From a virus (Duplodnaviria > Caudoviricetes), in IMG/VR virus record IMGVR_UViG_3300020048_000077, positions 1 through 64,000 of that record: a DNA stretch of 64,000 bases; one strand, given 5' to 3'. A model generated the notes under the pieces. That model saw nothing but the letters and a program-made list of their open reading frames with translations. It did no database searches and was not told where the DNA came from. Both the position numbers and the translations under genes were made by a program. This document shows, piece by piece, positions 21,326 through 30,262 of this stretch (position 1 is its first letter; each line of letters begins with the position of its first letter).

Positions 21326-22144
21326 TCAGAATGGAAGATCGTCATCCAATCCTTCCAGCTCAATATCCTCATCAGGTCCTACAGATACATTCTGAGGAAG
21401 TGGATCCGGAGTCACAACACCTGGAGTGTATTGTCTCCAATCAATGGTGTAGTCACCTTTGATGGCACCATACTCCTTGTTCAATGCTGCTACGAACAGA
21501 TCATCTCTCTGAGGTTTCATCCTTCCGAAATGACGTGTGTAAACAGCCTGATACTTACCATCTCTCACGTACACGAGTACGCGGAGTACATTCTTATCAA
21601 GAACCTTCAACAGCTCTTTCAATTCCTTCACGTTTCCTTTGGCAACAGCTCCTGGATTCTCAAGATACACCTTTCCACCTGAGGCAACATTCGCCCAGGC
21701 CTTGATGAACTCGATGAGCGTGTCCATTCCTCTGTGACAAGGATACCCTGTTTCAGGATTCTTGTACCACTGTGGAAGATCCGTTGGATCCATTTTTCCA
21801 TTCTCAAGTTGTACGGCCCATGTTTCCTGACCAAGATTGTTCAGGAATTTGGTCTTTGTACCATCCTTGCTCACCCATGGAGATGGGTTGATGAGTATCT
21901 CCACTGGAACATGCACTGCTGCTCCGCCTTCTACCTTGGTCATAAGCCAGAATACCACCTTCTGAAGAGCACCATCTCCGAAATCAGCCACATAACTGGG
22001 CTCCTTCTGATACATGACACCCATGGCGTGCAACTCTGCAAGAGTCGGATTCACTGCCACTACTTTCACAGGAACTATGCCTGTATACAACACCCCGCCC
22101 GAGCCGGCAACCGCCTCTTCGGAACTATTCGATTCTATAGCCAT
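21326..22144 (-). CDS. Putative single-stranded DNA-binding protein
   Basis: Acidic C-terminus ending DDDLPF, position in the replication module, and a following terminator consistent with high expression. Confidence 0.6.
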   Translation of the reverse strand: MAIESNSSEEAVAGSGGVLYTGIVPVKVVAVNPTLAELHAMGVMYQKEPSYVADFGDGALQKVVFWLMTKVEGGAAVHVPVEILINPSPWVSKDGTKTKFLNNLGQETWAVQLENGKMDPTDLPQWYKNPETGYPCHRGMDTLIEFIKAWANVASGGKVYLENPGAVAKGNVKELKELLKVLDKNVLRVLVYVRDGKYQAVYTRHFGRMKPQRDDLFVAALNKEYGAIKGDYTIDWRQYTPGVVTPDPLPQNVSVGPDEDIELEGLDDDLPF

Positions 22145-22216
22145 TTTACTTGCTTCTTAGTTGATTTATCAATTTTCAATTCTTTCCTTTTCCTGGTACT
22201 CAGAAGATACCGAGGA

Positions 22217-22693
22217 TCAAAGATCCAAGGTATCGTCAGTTTCTTCTTCCTCGTCTTCAAGGATCTCAGGAGACTCCTCGAAATCATCTTCCTCTGTTTC
22301 CATAGGATCTGTTCCAAGACCTTCAGGTTCTGTAGGAACATCGGTAACCGCCTGTGGTACTTCCGTAGGTGGAAGTGGCTGTGTTGGAAGAACAGGCTCC
22401 GTAGGAACTTCAGCTGATGCCACGAATTCGAATGGAAGTCTCTTCACTTTTGCAGGCTTTTTACCTACGAGCAATGGATCTTGGAACATCTTGTCCACCA
22501 TCCACTTCTCGAGTTCACATCTTTCCTTCTTTTCATCCAGATAGGCATATCGGAGACGGATCTCTTCTCTGCTTCTACCGGCCTTCAGATCTTCAAGGAG
22601 CATCTGAGGTGTGATCTTGTCGATCATGATGCAGTTGCTCAGATCTCTTATTTCTCCTTCTAATGTAGGAGTTGCATTTACTTCAATAGACAT
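22217..22693 (-). CDS. Hypothetical protein with a Pro/Thr/Glu-rich acidic tail
   Basis: PTEP/PTQP repeats in the tail. Confidence 0.7.
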   Translation of the reverse strand: MSIEVNATPTLEGEIRDLSNCIMIDKITPQMLLEDLKAGRSREEIRLRYAYLDEKKERCELEKWMVDKMFQDPLLVGKKPAKVKRLPFEFVASAEVPTEPVLPTQPLPPTEVPQAVTDVPTEPEGLGTDPMETEEDDFEESPEILEDEEEETDDTLDL

Positions 22694-22713
22694 TGTTTTA
22701 TGATTTTGAATTG

Positions 22714-23406
22714 TTAATTACTTGGTACTGGAATTTCTTCCTTGTCGTAGGCTTCTACGAGTTCAACAACTTCTTTAAGGTCGTTAGGAATGTACATTTC
22801 TGAGAACATTCCCATTGGGGATTTTGCTTCCCGCATGTGATCCTGCTGTGTCTGAAAGACAAACCGATCATCTCCCTTTCTATCAGGAAGGATTGTGGTA
22901 TGCAGTACGATCCGAACATAACTCACAGGATCAAGGTTGTCTCCGAGAAGCTTTCCGAAGATCTTGAACTTTGCGAACTGATCATCTGATTTGTCCACAT
23001 GGTGAAGTACAACGATCTTCACATCGGCCGGCCATACTGGTGCCTTAAGGAAAAGCGCCTTCATGACATCCTTTGCAAAGTGTTTCCATCTCTCAAAGGT
23101 TGCTGAACCTGTGGACTTGGCCATGAATTCATCACTCAATATGCGAGCGTTGAAGTAATGTGAAAAATCCTCTATCACCACGAGTTTGATCCCTTTCTTT
23201 ATCAGAGAATCGATCTTGGGTGTGATGTCGTTCATCTCTGCTACGAGCATTTTTCTGTTTCCCCATACTGCATCTCCCTTCCTAAAAGGTAGAGGCTTTG
23301 CATTAGGGGTCAATATGACGGCCTTCATGGCCACCGGGTCAATATTTCTCAATGAAGTACTCTTTCCTGTTCCGGAAGGGCCTTCAACTATGATTATTTC
23401 TGCCAT
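22714..23406 (-). CDS. AAA-family ATPase (Sak4-like phage recombination NTPase)
   Basis: Walker A GPSGTGKS and Walker B VVIED. Confidence 0.75.
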   Translation of the reverse strand: MAEIIIVEGPSGTGKSTSLRNIDPVAMKAVILTPNAKPLPFRKGDAVWGNRKMLVAEMNDITPKIDSLIKKGIKLVVIEDFSHYFNARILSDEFMAKSTGSATFERWKHFAKDVMKALFLKAPVWPADVKIVVLHHVDKSDDQFAKFKIFGKLLGDNLDPVSYVRIVLHTTILPDRKGDDRFVFQTQQDHMREAKSPMGMFSEMYIPNDLKEVVELVEAYDKEEIPVPSN

Positions 23407-23416
23407 TTTTCTTATT

Positions 23417-24385
23417 TCACTTGGATTTGAATTTACGTTCCGTTATAGTGAATGTACTACCATCAAAATCGTACGGTATCATTCCCAGATAACCATCCCT
23501 GTTCTTCTCAAGGTGTACTGCCAGCAGTCCCTTTGGATCTTCACCGCAGTAGGTTGCCGTTATACCATAAAGGTCGAACGGTCTTTGTATCATCATCACC
23601 ACATGTGCATCCTGACCTATGGAGTCTCCTCCGAACAGATCTGACAACATCGGTTGATACTGATTTTTTGCTCTGTGTTCTTTCTCGATCTCCCTGTTCA
23701 ACTGTGAAAGGAGGATCGTTATGCTACTCATGTTTCCCTGCATTCTCATGCAGGTCTTTGAAAGAGTGTTCAATCTCTGCAACTCCTGCTCTTCCTGACC
23801 TGGTACAAGCCTGGAGTGATCGATCATGTTCAAAATGTACGTATCAGGATGCCTTTTATGGTAGGCCTCACATGTCGCTTCGATCTCTTTGGCCGTCTTC
23901 GCCCTGTTCTGAAAATACACGGGATATGGCATGTACTTGCTTACACTCTGAATGAATGATTTAAAATCATTCTCAGAAAGTTTAGCATCTACAGAGTACA
24001 GTTCTGCCATTCCTTTACCCGTATCCTTTGATGCACTTCTAAGAAGCTGTTGATACCCAGGCATCTCAAATGACCAATAGAATACCACCACCTTCATCTT
24101 CAACAACTTGGCATTGTCAAGAATGTCAAAGAGAAGTTGATTACTGAAAGCACTCTTACCAGTTCCAGGCCTACCGCCTATAACATACATCTTACCTGGC
24201 TGTAAACCTCCAAGAAGCTGCCTGTTAAGTCGTGCAAACTTCGTAACAAGAAGCTTACGTTCTCCCTCTCTTGCAGAATTTACAACTGCAATGCTGGCCC
24301 TTGCGGCCGTTCGGATATGCTGAAGTCCAAGCGTTTTGATGAACGCATCATCGTCCTCCTTAGAGTACTCTATTGATTCGGCCAT
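23417..24385 (-). CDS. dnaB: DnaB-like SF4 replicative helicase (C-terminal domain)
   Basis: GRPGTGKS, FEM, IDH and LSQLNR...PMLSDL motifs. Confidence 0.9.
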   Translation of the reverse strand: MAESIEYSKEDDDAFIKTLGLQHIRTAARASIAVVNSAREGERKLLVTKFARLNRQLLGGLQPGKMYVIGGRPGTGKSAFSNQLLFDILDNAKLLKMKVVVFYWSFEMPGYQQLLRSASKDTGKGMAELYSVDAKLSENDFKSFIQSVSKYMPYPVYFQNRAKTAKEIEATCEAYHKRHPDTYILNMIDHSRLVPGQEEQELQRLNTLSKTCMRMQGNMSSITILLSQLNREIEKEHRAKNQYQPMLSDLFGGDSIGQDAHVVMMIQRPFDLYGITATYCGEDPKGLLAVHLEKNRDGYLGMIPYDFDGSTFTITERKFKSK

Positions 24386-24899
24386 CGTCTTCCTCCTTTT
24401 CCTCTACATCCATCCATTTCTCCCACCCGTGGGAATTCACCCACACCTCAAGCATTTGAAGGTATTTCAGATTGCCCCGTTGATGTGTGAGCATTGCATT
24501 GAGGGCCTTCATGACCTTCTTATGCTTACCCACATCATCACCTATGGCCCTCTTGTATCGTTTTCTTGCAATATCATTGGCCTTTGCGGAAGGATCTGCA
24601 GCATGAAGCACCCTATACCCACCCGGTTCTCCCACTTTCATAGGATAAGTGGAACACAGCTCTGCGAACATCCTGTCAAAATCTCCTTCCACAAGGTCAA
24701 TGAATTCCTGCCTTACTATTACCTCAGTACCTGTATTCTTAACAAGTCCAAGAGCTTCAAGCTTCTTGAGATCAGGTCTTACCTTCAACTTGCCTTCAAA
24801 GCTCCATTTACGGTGCTTTAAAAGCATGAAGATGTATTCATCCGGACTGAGGTTCTGCTCCGCGAGCCAATCCAGATCCATCTGCACCATTTTCTCCAT
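24360..24899 (-). CDS. Hypothetical protein, possible replication initiator/helicase loader
   Basis: F...YP...WV pattern; directly upstream of dnaB. Confidence 0.6.
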   Translation of the reverse strand: MEKMVQMDLDWLAEQNLSPDEYIFMLLKHRKWSFEGKLKVRPDLKKLEALGLVKNTGTEVIVRQEFIDLVEGDFDRMFAELCSTYPMKVGEPGGYRVLHAADPSAKANDIARKRYKRAIGDDVGKHKKVMKALNAMLTHQRGNLKYLQMLEVWVNSHGWEKWMDVEEKEEDDGRINRVL

Positions 24900-25089
24900 G
24901 TATCAGAATTTGTTCGTAACCTGCAATGTCGTTGTGCCTTTCCTCGACAAAGCGGTATTCGTGATCATTACTTCTTGACATCTCCTTGGCACGTTCGAGG
25001 AGAGTACTTAAAGATACGTGTTTCTCCGTTAACGGAGGCATCATATCCATACGGAATTCCGTCTTTTTACTTCTTTTTTCTACTCCCAT
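24838..25089 (-). CDS. Hypothetical protein
   Basis: Start overlaps the helicase stop; fills the gap between genes. Confidence 0.4.
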   Translation of the reverse strand: MGVEKRSKKTEFRMDMMPPLTEKHVSLSTLLERAKEMSRSNDHEYRFVEERHNDIAGYEQILIHGENGADGSGLARGAEPQSG

Positions 25090-26288
25090 GATATTCTACT
25101 TGGATCTGTACTTTTCAATGCATTCCTCAACCATTTCTCCTCCTGTGAATCTTTTACATACACGATGGTGATAAATCCTGTCTTATCAGGATCTGTCGCA
25201 TCTATACGTACGAATCTTCCAAGCCTCTGGATCATTGTGAGAACCTTACTTGTAAGGCCGCATACGATACCGTGGGCAGCATTAGGAACATCCAGGCCCT
25301 GATTCAGAGCTTTTACACTCACAAGACGCTTGCATACTCCGCTTTTGAATTCGGAAAGCGCCTTTCTGTTGTTCTTCACACCGTTCTTCGAATGATACAT
25401 CTGACTTTGAGGTATCGCTTTTGCCAGTTTTTCCACAAAGGCCACATTGCCACCGAATACAAGTGCACGTCCATCGACATCCTCTAACAGTGAAACTGTC
25501 TTAGATATCTTGTTATGTGCCATATCAATGAGTTCTTTGCGTTGCCTTATGGCTCTGTAAAAACCTACTGCGGCAACCATGTCCTCCTTAGGATATGCTT
25601 TAGGATGTTTCATGATTCCTTGGGCCATGTTGAAAGCATCGAAACCGAGCTTGTTCTTCCAATGTCCGAAGTTCCTGTTCACAGTACCGTACAATGCACT
25701 TTCCTCAGGTGTGAGATCCACAGCTATGCATCTTATCCTGTATGGGGCCACGAATTCCCGCTCAACACATTCGTCAAGTGAGATCGAGTAGACCACCGGT
25801 GCAAGTTGATGCAGCCTGTTCCTGTAGATAGGATCCTCAGGCTCTGTTGCTGTACAGAACATCAGTGGGCCCTTTACCTTGCTGAAGAAGACATGGCACA
25901 TGTCAGTCATTCCGAACTGTGCCTCATCTCCTACAACTACGCTGTATCCTTCTGGATCCAATTTTGAAATGGACGCATAGCAATGTGCTTCAACATGTTC
26001 ATTCCAGAATGCATCCCGTCTTTCCTCCTTATCCGTAAAGGACATGAGTTCATCTTTGAACCTGTCCTTCAAGTGATCAAAAGGTACGAGTATGAGGATC
26101 TTCTTTCGTTCATCTCCTTTCCATGTTCTCCAGGCCTTCAATGCTGCTTTCCACATGACCCTGGTCTTTCCAAAGCCTGTACCGGCAAGAACAGAACCTC
26201 TGAAATTCGCCTTCTCAAGAAGGTTTGCTACAAGTGCCTGTTCAATGTCTCTTTTTGATCTTCCCTTCAGTAATATTCCGTTCGACAT
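25080..26288 (-). CDS. Superfamily 2 DNA helicase
   Basis: GTGFGKT, VGDEAQ, TAT, GLDVP and QRLGRFVR motifs. Confidence 0.9.
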   Translation of the reverse strand: MSNGILLKGRSKRDIEQALVANLLEKANFRGSVLAGTGFGKTRVMWKAALKAWRTWKGDERKKILILVPFDHLKDRFKDELMSFTDKEERRDAFWNEHVEAHCYASISKLDPEGYSVVVGDEAQFGMTDMCHVFFSKVKGPLMFCTATEPEDPIYRNRLHQLAPVVYSISLDECVEREFVAPYRIRCIAVDLTPEESALYGTVNRNFGHWKNKLGFDAFNMAQGIMKHPKAYPKEDMVAAVGFYRAIRQRKELIDMAHNKISKTVSLLEDVDGRALVFGGNVAFVEKLAKAIPQSQMYHSKNGVKNNRKALSEFKSGVCKRLVSVKALNQGLDVPNAAHGIVCGLTSKVLTMIQRLGRFVRIDATDPDKTGFITIVYVKDSQEEKWLRNALKSTDPSRISWE

Positions 26289-26424
26289 GATTTTCGTTGT
26301 TTATGATTGAACTGCAAACAGAGCAGATATACATTCCTCCGAGAGGTTTGAAATGTCTGAGAGGTTTATTATCCTCAATTTCCTCCTGATTATTGCAGTC
26401 AGGACACTTGATTGTTATTTTCAT
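26242..26424 (-). CDS. Small zinc-ribbon protein
   Basis: CPDC...CSVC; ATGA overlap with the polA stop. Confidence 0.55.
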   Translation of the reverse strand: MKITIKCPDCNNQEEIEDNKPLRHFKPLGGMYICSVCSSIINNENHVERNITEGKIKKRH

Positions 26425-28313
26425 TTCTGCCAACATTTTGAGATCGTTGTATCTGCCTTAAGAAGACCATTGGGAATAACAACAAGAGCTGCGTCTTCCA
26501 TCAATTTCGTCAATTCCACTTTCCAGGTTTCAGCAAAGTCCTCCTTTGCTATCGTATCCACCTGATCATGGACGGTGAGCAATAGCTTCACCGGTAATTT
26601 ATGCGTATTTATGAATTTTCTGATCTTAACGAGTGCGTATTTGGTCATGTCCGCAGATGAGCCTTGTATAGGACTGTTCTTTGAGGCACGTTCAATAGTG
26701 GAAAGAAATTCTCTAACACTATCAGTTTCCACATACCTCAACTTAGGATTCCAACCAGGGAATTCCCTACGTCTTTTGAATGGAGCATACGTTTCCGCAT
26801 ATCCATTGTCAACTCCGAACTGTCCGAGCTTCTGAAGGAACCCCTTTATTGATGGGAACTCCTTGAAGTACTCCTGAATGAGCGCTTTGGCCTCAGGTAA
26901 AGGTATTTCCACAAGTTCTGACAGCTTTCCGGCTCCACCTCCATAGGCAAGCATGAAGTTTATCGATTTGACCTGTGTCCTTTGCTTCTTATGGGCCTTA
27001 CACTCACATTTCTCCTTCTTCATTGTGTAAAGGCAATCCTCTTCCGCAGCATCTGTCCACTTCTTCTTGAAGATGAGTTCAGCGCATACAGAGTGCAGAT
27101 CATGTCCGTTCTTCAATGCTTCCAACCATACAGGATCCTGAGAACCATAGGCTATCACATTCAATTCCTGACTTGAAAAGTCTGAACTGACGAATACCTC
27201 TCCCTCAGATGCTGTAAAACAGTTTCTGAAAATGTTGTCTGCCGGCACCTGCTGCATGTTCGGGTTTGCACTGGAAACACGTCCAGTGTTCAGTATCTGT
27301 TTGAAATCAGTATGGATTTTTCCATCTGCCCGCAGATTCTTAAGGAATGCCTCACCGTAGGATGATACGACCTTTGCCTGCTCCTTGTATTTCACGTAGA
27401 GGGCTATCAATGGATGTTTGCTCCTATGTAGGTATAGATCCTTCCCATTCACTGACTCAAGTGTAGGAACAACCTTTTTGAAGAGCTTCAATGTCTGTGT
27501 AGGTGATGACCATTGTATCGCAACCTTGCGTACAGGATCTCCGAACAGATCTCCTTGTACATACGCAGGTACGAATGCTGAGAACAGCTGGTCATTTGCC
27601 ACGATCTCATCCATTCTTTTCTCGGATGCCTTCATGTCCACTTCTACTCCCTGTCCCACTTTTCTCCAAGCTTCAGAGTTGATGTCCATACCCTCAAATT
27701 CCATGTCTGCAAAAGCAAGTACAACTGCATTCTCAAGTGAGACCACGTTGCCAAGCCTTCTCTGCTTTATGAGGGGGATCTGTTTTTCTCTGATGTCCAG
27801 AAGGTATTCAATATCTTTTGCACCATAAACTATCTGGGCATCGGTGTACGGTCGTCCATCAAGTCTGATGAACTGGTTACGTACGTCCTTTTTGAGTTCA
27901 ATTCCGAGGTGTCGGTCGCATAGTGCACCAAGCCCGAATCGAATATCGTTCCTACCACAGTGGTAGACCTGTTCAACAAGCATTGTGTCCCAGACACGTT
28001 CGAGTACAATCCCTTCGTTCCGTATAAATTTGTAATCGAATTTTGCATTGTGAAGTATCTTTAATATGTTCTCACTCTCAAGTATCTGTTTCAAGGGTTT
28101 CAAAGATTGTACACGTGCGTCTATGACGAACTGCCTTTCCTTGTCACCTATTTGGAGCATGACCACCTTGTTTCCAATGTGATCAAGTCCTGTGGTTTCA
28201 GTGTCGAGTCCAAGTATGGACCTACTACTGCAATATTCCACACACTCTTCAATGCCACACTCCTGTATGTCACTGAAATTCCTTTTTTCTCCTATGAACC
28301 TTATCGTGTCCAT
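26421..28313 (-). CDS. polA: DNA polymerase family A with 3'-5' exonuclease
   Basis: Exo DTET; motif A DFSSQEL; motif B KSINFMLAYG; motif C VHDQ. Confidence 0.95.
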   Translation of the reverse strand: MDTIRFIGEKRNFSDIQECGIEECVEYCSSRSILGLDTETTGLDHIGNKVVMLQIGDKERQFVIDARVQSLKPLKQILESENILKILHNAKFDYKFIRNEGIVLERVWDTMLVEQVYHCGRNDIRFGLGALCDRHLGIELKKDVRNQFIRLDGRPYTDAQIVYGAKDIEYLLDIREKQIPLIKQRRLGNVVSLENAVVLAFADMEFEGMDINSEAWRKVGQGVEVDMKASEKRMDEIVANDQLFSAFVPAYVQGDLFGDPVRKVAIQWSSPTQTLKLFKKVVPTLESVNGKDLYLHRSKHPLIALYVKYKEQAKVVSSYGEAFLKNLRADGKIHTDFKQILNTGRVSSANPNMQQVPADNIFRNCFTASEGEVFVSSDFSSQELNVIAYGSQDPVWLEALKNGHDLHSVCAELIFKKKWTDAAEEDCLYTMKKEKCECKAHKKQRTQVKSINFMLAYGGGAGKLSELVEIPLPEAKALIQEYFKEFPSIKGFLQKLGQFGVDNGYAETYAPFKRRREFPGWNPKLRYVETDSVREFLSTIERASKNSPIQGSSADMTKYALVKIRKFINTHKLPVKLLLTVHDQVDTIAKEDFAETWKVELTKLMEDAALVVIPNGLLKADTTISKCWQK

Positions 28314-28317
28314 AGCG

Positions 28318-29370
28318 TCAATCGTTTCTGAATCCTACACACACTGGAAAACGTGGCAGTCCTTCATCAGTTTCTTGGAAGTATCTTATTTCAGCCTTTT
28401 GACCGATGTACTTCTGCTTGTTCTTGAGAATCCATTCTCTTTCCTCAAAACTGAATTTGAGAGAGGCTTTGAATCCACCTTTGCATACGATTATTCCCTG
28501 TTCAGGACGTCTGTCTGAGGGAATGACATCTACGACCTCTACGGTCATATCCTTAAAATCCTTGAACTTCAATAGATTGGAACTTCTTCCGTTGATCTTG
28601 TAAGACTCCTTTCCATGTCTTATTATGGTTCCTTCATATCCCTGTACAAGGAATTGCCGGTGCCATTCAATGATGTCCTCTTCACTCTCCACCTTCCATG
28701 TTGGAACGGGTTCAATAAGTGTGAACAATGCTTCACTGAATACTCTCCTAAGCTTCAGGAAACGTTCATGAAAAGGTTCATCTGATACCACATCGTAGAC
28801 GTGCATCTTGATCTGTTCTGTTTTTCCCTGTCGATACTTCTTGATAAGGCTCATGTTCTCCTGGAAGGAAAGTCCATGTGCGTACAACTCACCATCTGGT
28901 ACAGCTCCGAGAGCCTGTCTGATGTACTTCAACTGATTATGAAGATGTCCTACATTGTCAATCTCCTTACCTGCACGAGATAGAAGAACATCGTCCTCTA
29001 TCCCGAGACTTCTCATGCCATCCAACTTAGGCTGGACATAGACCGGGTAGGTCCAATCGATCTTGTGCTTCTCCTTGTTGAACTCCTTTGCAAGCATTGG
29101 TAGAAGTACAGCCTCTTCCTCTGCTTCTTCACGGGTTCTGAAGTAACCCTCATCGATCTTCTGATTGATCTTTGATGTACACTCAGATACTGCCTGCTCC
29201 TCTGCGGAGGTAGCATTGCTCCTTCCTACATTCTTGGGATGGCACTGAGTCACATTTGTGACCTTCTTACTGGTTCCAATAAGGCCTGATATCTGTACTA
29301 CAGTATCATGCTGTGGAAATATTTCGAGGAAACGTATCTTTCCCTTTGTGTCTTTTTTATAGAGTATCAT
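28318..29370 (-). CDS. lig: ATP-dependent DNA ligase
   Basis: QPKLDG, DGELY, EGTIIR, LLKFK and RFP motifs. Confidence 0.93.
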   Translation of the reverse strand: MILYKKDTKGKIRFLEIFPQHDTVVQISGLIGTSKKVTNVTQCHPKNVGRSNATSAEEQAVSECTSKINQKIDEGYFRTREEAEEEAVLLPMLAKEFNKEKHKIDWTYPVYVQPKLDGMRSLGIEDDVLLSRAGKEIDNVGHLHNQLKYIRQALGAVPDGELYAHGLSFQENMSLIKKYRQGKTEQIKMHVYDVVSDEPFHERFLKLRRVFSEALFTLIEPVPTWKVESEEDIIEWHRQFLVQGYEGTIIRHGKESYKINGRSSNLLKFKDFKDMTVEVVDVIPSDRRPEQGIIVCKGGFKASLKFSFEEREWILKNKQKYIGQKAEIRYFQETDEGLPRFPVCVGFRND

Positions 29371-29373
29371 GAC

Positions 29374-29676
29374 TCATCTGTTTGAAAGTGAAAGCCATCT
29401 TATCGGCCATACTGGGGAAAGATGACTGATCCTGGGAACTGTCCTCAGGACGAATTTTGAAGAACCATAGGGCTCTCCATGCGGTGAAACGTAATACAGT
29501 CTGAAACTATCAGGTGTGAGCATCAAACGATGCTGTACTCCTTCGATCCTGATGTCCATATCCAATCCACCTACTACCTCAGTGATGCAAAGAATGTCTG
29601 ATATTTCTACTACAACATCTCTTTTTCGATCCTGAGATCTTCTACGCTCTGCTACTACTGGAATCTCCTTTTTCAT
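29374..29676 (-). CDS. Hypothetical protein
   Basis: Start moved to MKKEIP, downstream of the terminator. Confidence 0.5.
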   Translation of the reverse strand: MKKEIPVVAERRRSQDRKRDVVVEISDILCITEVVGGLDMDIRIEGVQHRLMLTPDSFRLYYVSPHGEPYGSSKFVLRTVPRISHLSPVWPIRWLSLSNR

Positions 29677-29699
29677 GATCTGGAGTAAGTGAAGATAAA

Positions 29700-29741
29700 G
29701 AAAAAAGAGGAGCACCACATACAAGATGTAGCGCTCCCCTG
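29700..29741 (-). terminator. Rho-independent terminator
   Basis: AGGGGAGCGCTACAT-CTTGT-ATGTGGTGCTCCTCT followed by a T run. Confidence 0.8.
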
Positions 29742-29758
29742 TAAAAATGGTCTGGTGA

Positions 29759-30202
29759 TTACTCTCCGGAGAAAGTGACCAACCGGGCCTTCAGAACTTT
29801 GATCTTCTCCTCGTAAGACTTAACGGTCTCTTTCTGAAACTCATTCGCCTTCTCGATCTGAGATTTCACGTCCTGAACCTTTCTTTCAGCCGATCCTACC
29901 TGGTTAAGGTATTGAGCGATGTAAGCCTTCTGATCGGCATTCGTCTTGATACGGGTCGTATCAACACTTTCGTACGCCTCTTTCACTGCGGCCTCCGCAT
30001 CCTTCAGATCGTCATTCAGAGAATCCAATTTCTGCGTGTGCTGAAATGCGACCGATTTCAGGTTGGTTTCCAATGAGACCAGATCTCTCTCAGTTGCTTT
30101 ACGGACATGTCCGAAGAATGAGAGAACCTGACCGTCTTCTCCAAGGTTCAAAAATGCGATCACTCGCTGTTCAATTGTCAATGGTGCTCCTACTTTACTC
30201 AT
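29759..30202 (-). CDS. Coiled-coil hypothetical protein
   Basis: 147 aa with a heptad pattern. Confidence 0.75.
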   Translation of the reverse strand: MSKVGAPLTIEQRVIAFLNLGEDGQVLSFFGHVRKATERDLVSLETNLKSVAFQHTQKLDSLNDDLKDAEAAVKEAYESVDTTRIKTNADQKAYIAQYLNQVGSAERKVQDVKSQIEKANEFQKETVKSYEEKIKVLKARLVTFSGE

Positions 30203-30262
30203 GATACTTGTTTTTAATTGTTTATTAATTTGTTTTTGAGTTACATTTTAGCAGTACGACCT

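Noticed and set aside
23417-24899. Programmed frameshift fusing the 179-aa ORF to DnaB
   Set aside because: There is a 26-nt overlap but no obvious slippery site, and DnaB has its own ATG.
26421-26600. PolA motif C HDQ instead of HDE as a sign of inactivity
   Set aside because: The catalytic Asp is retained and motifs A and B are intact.
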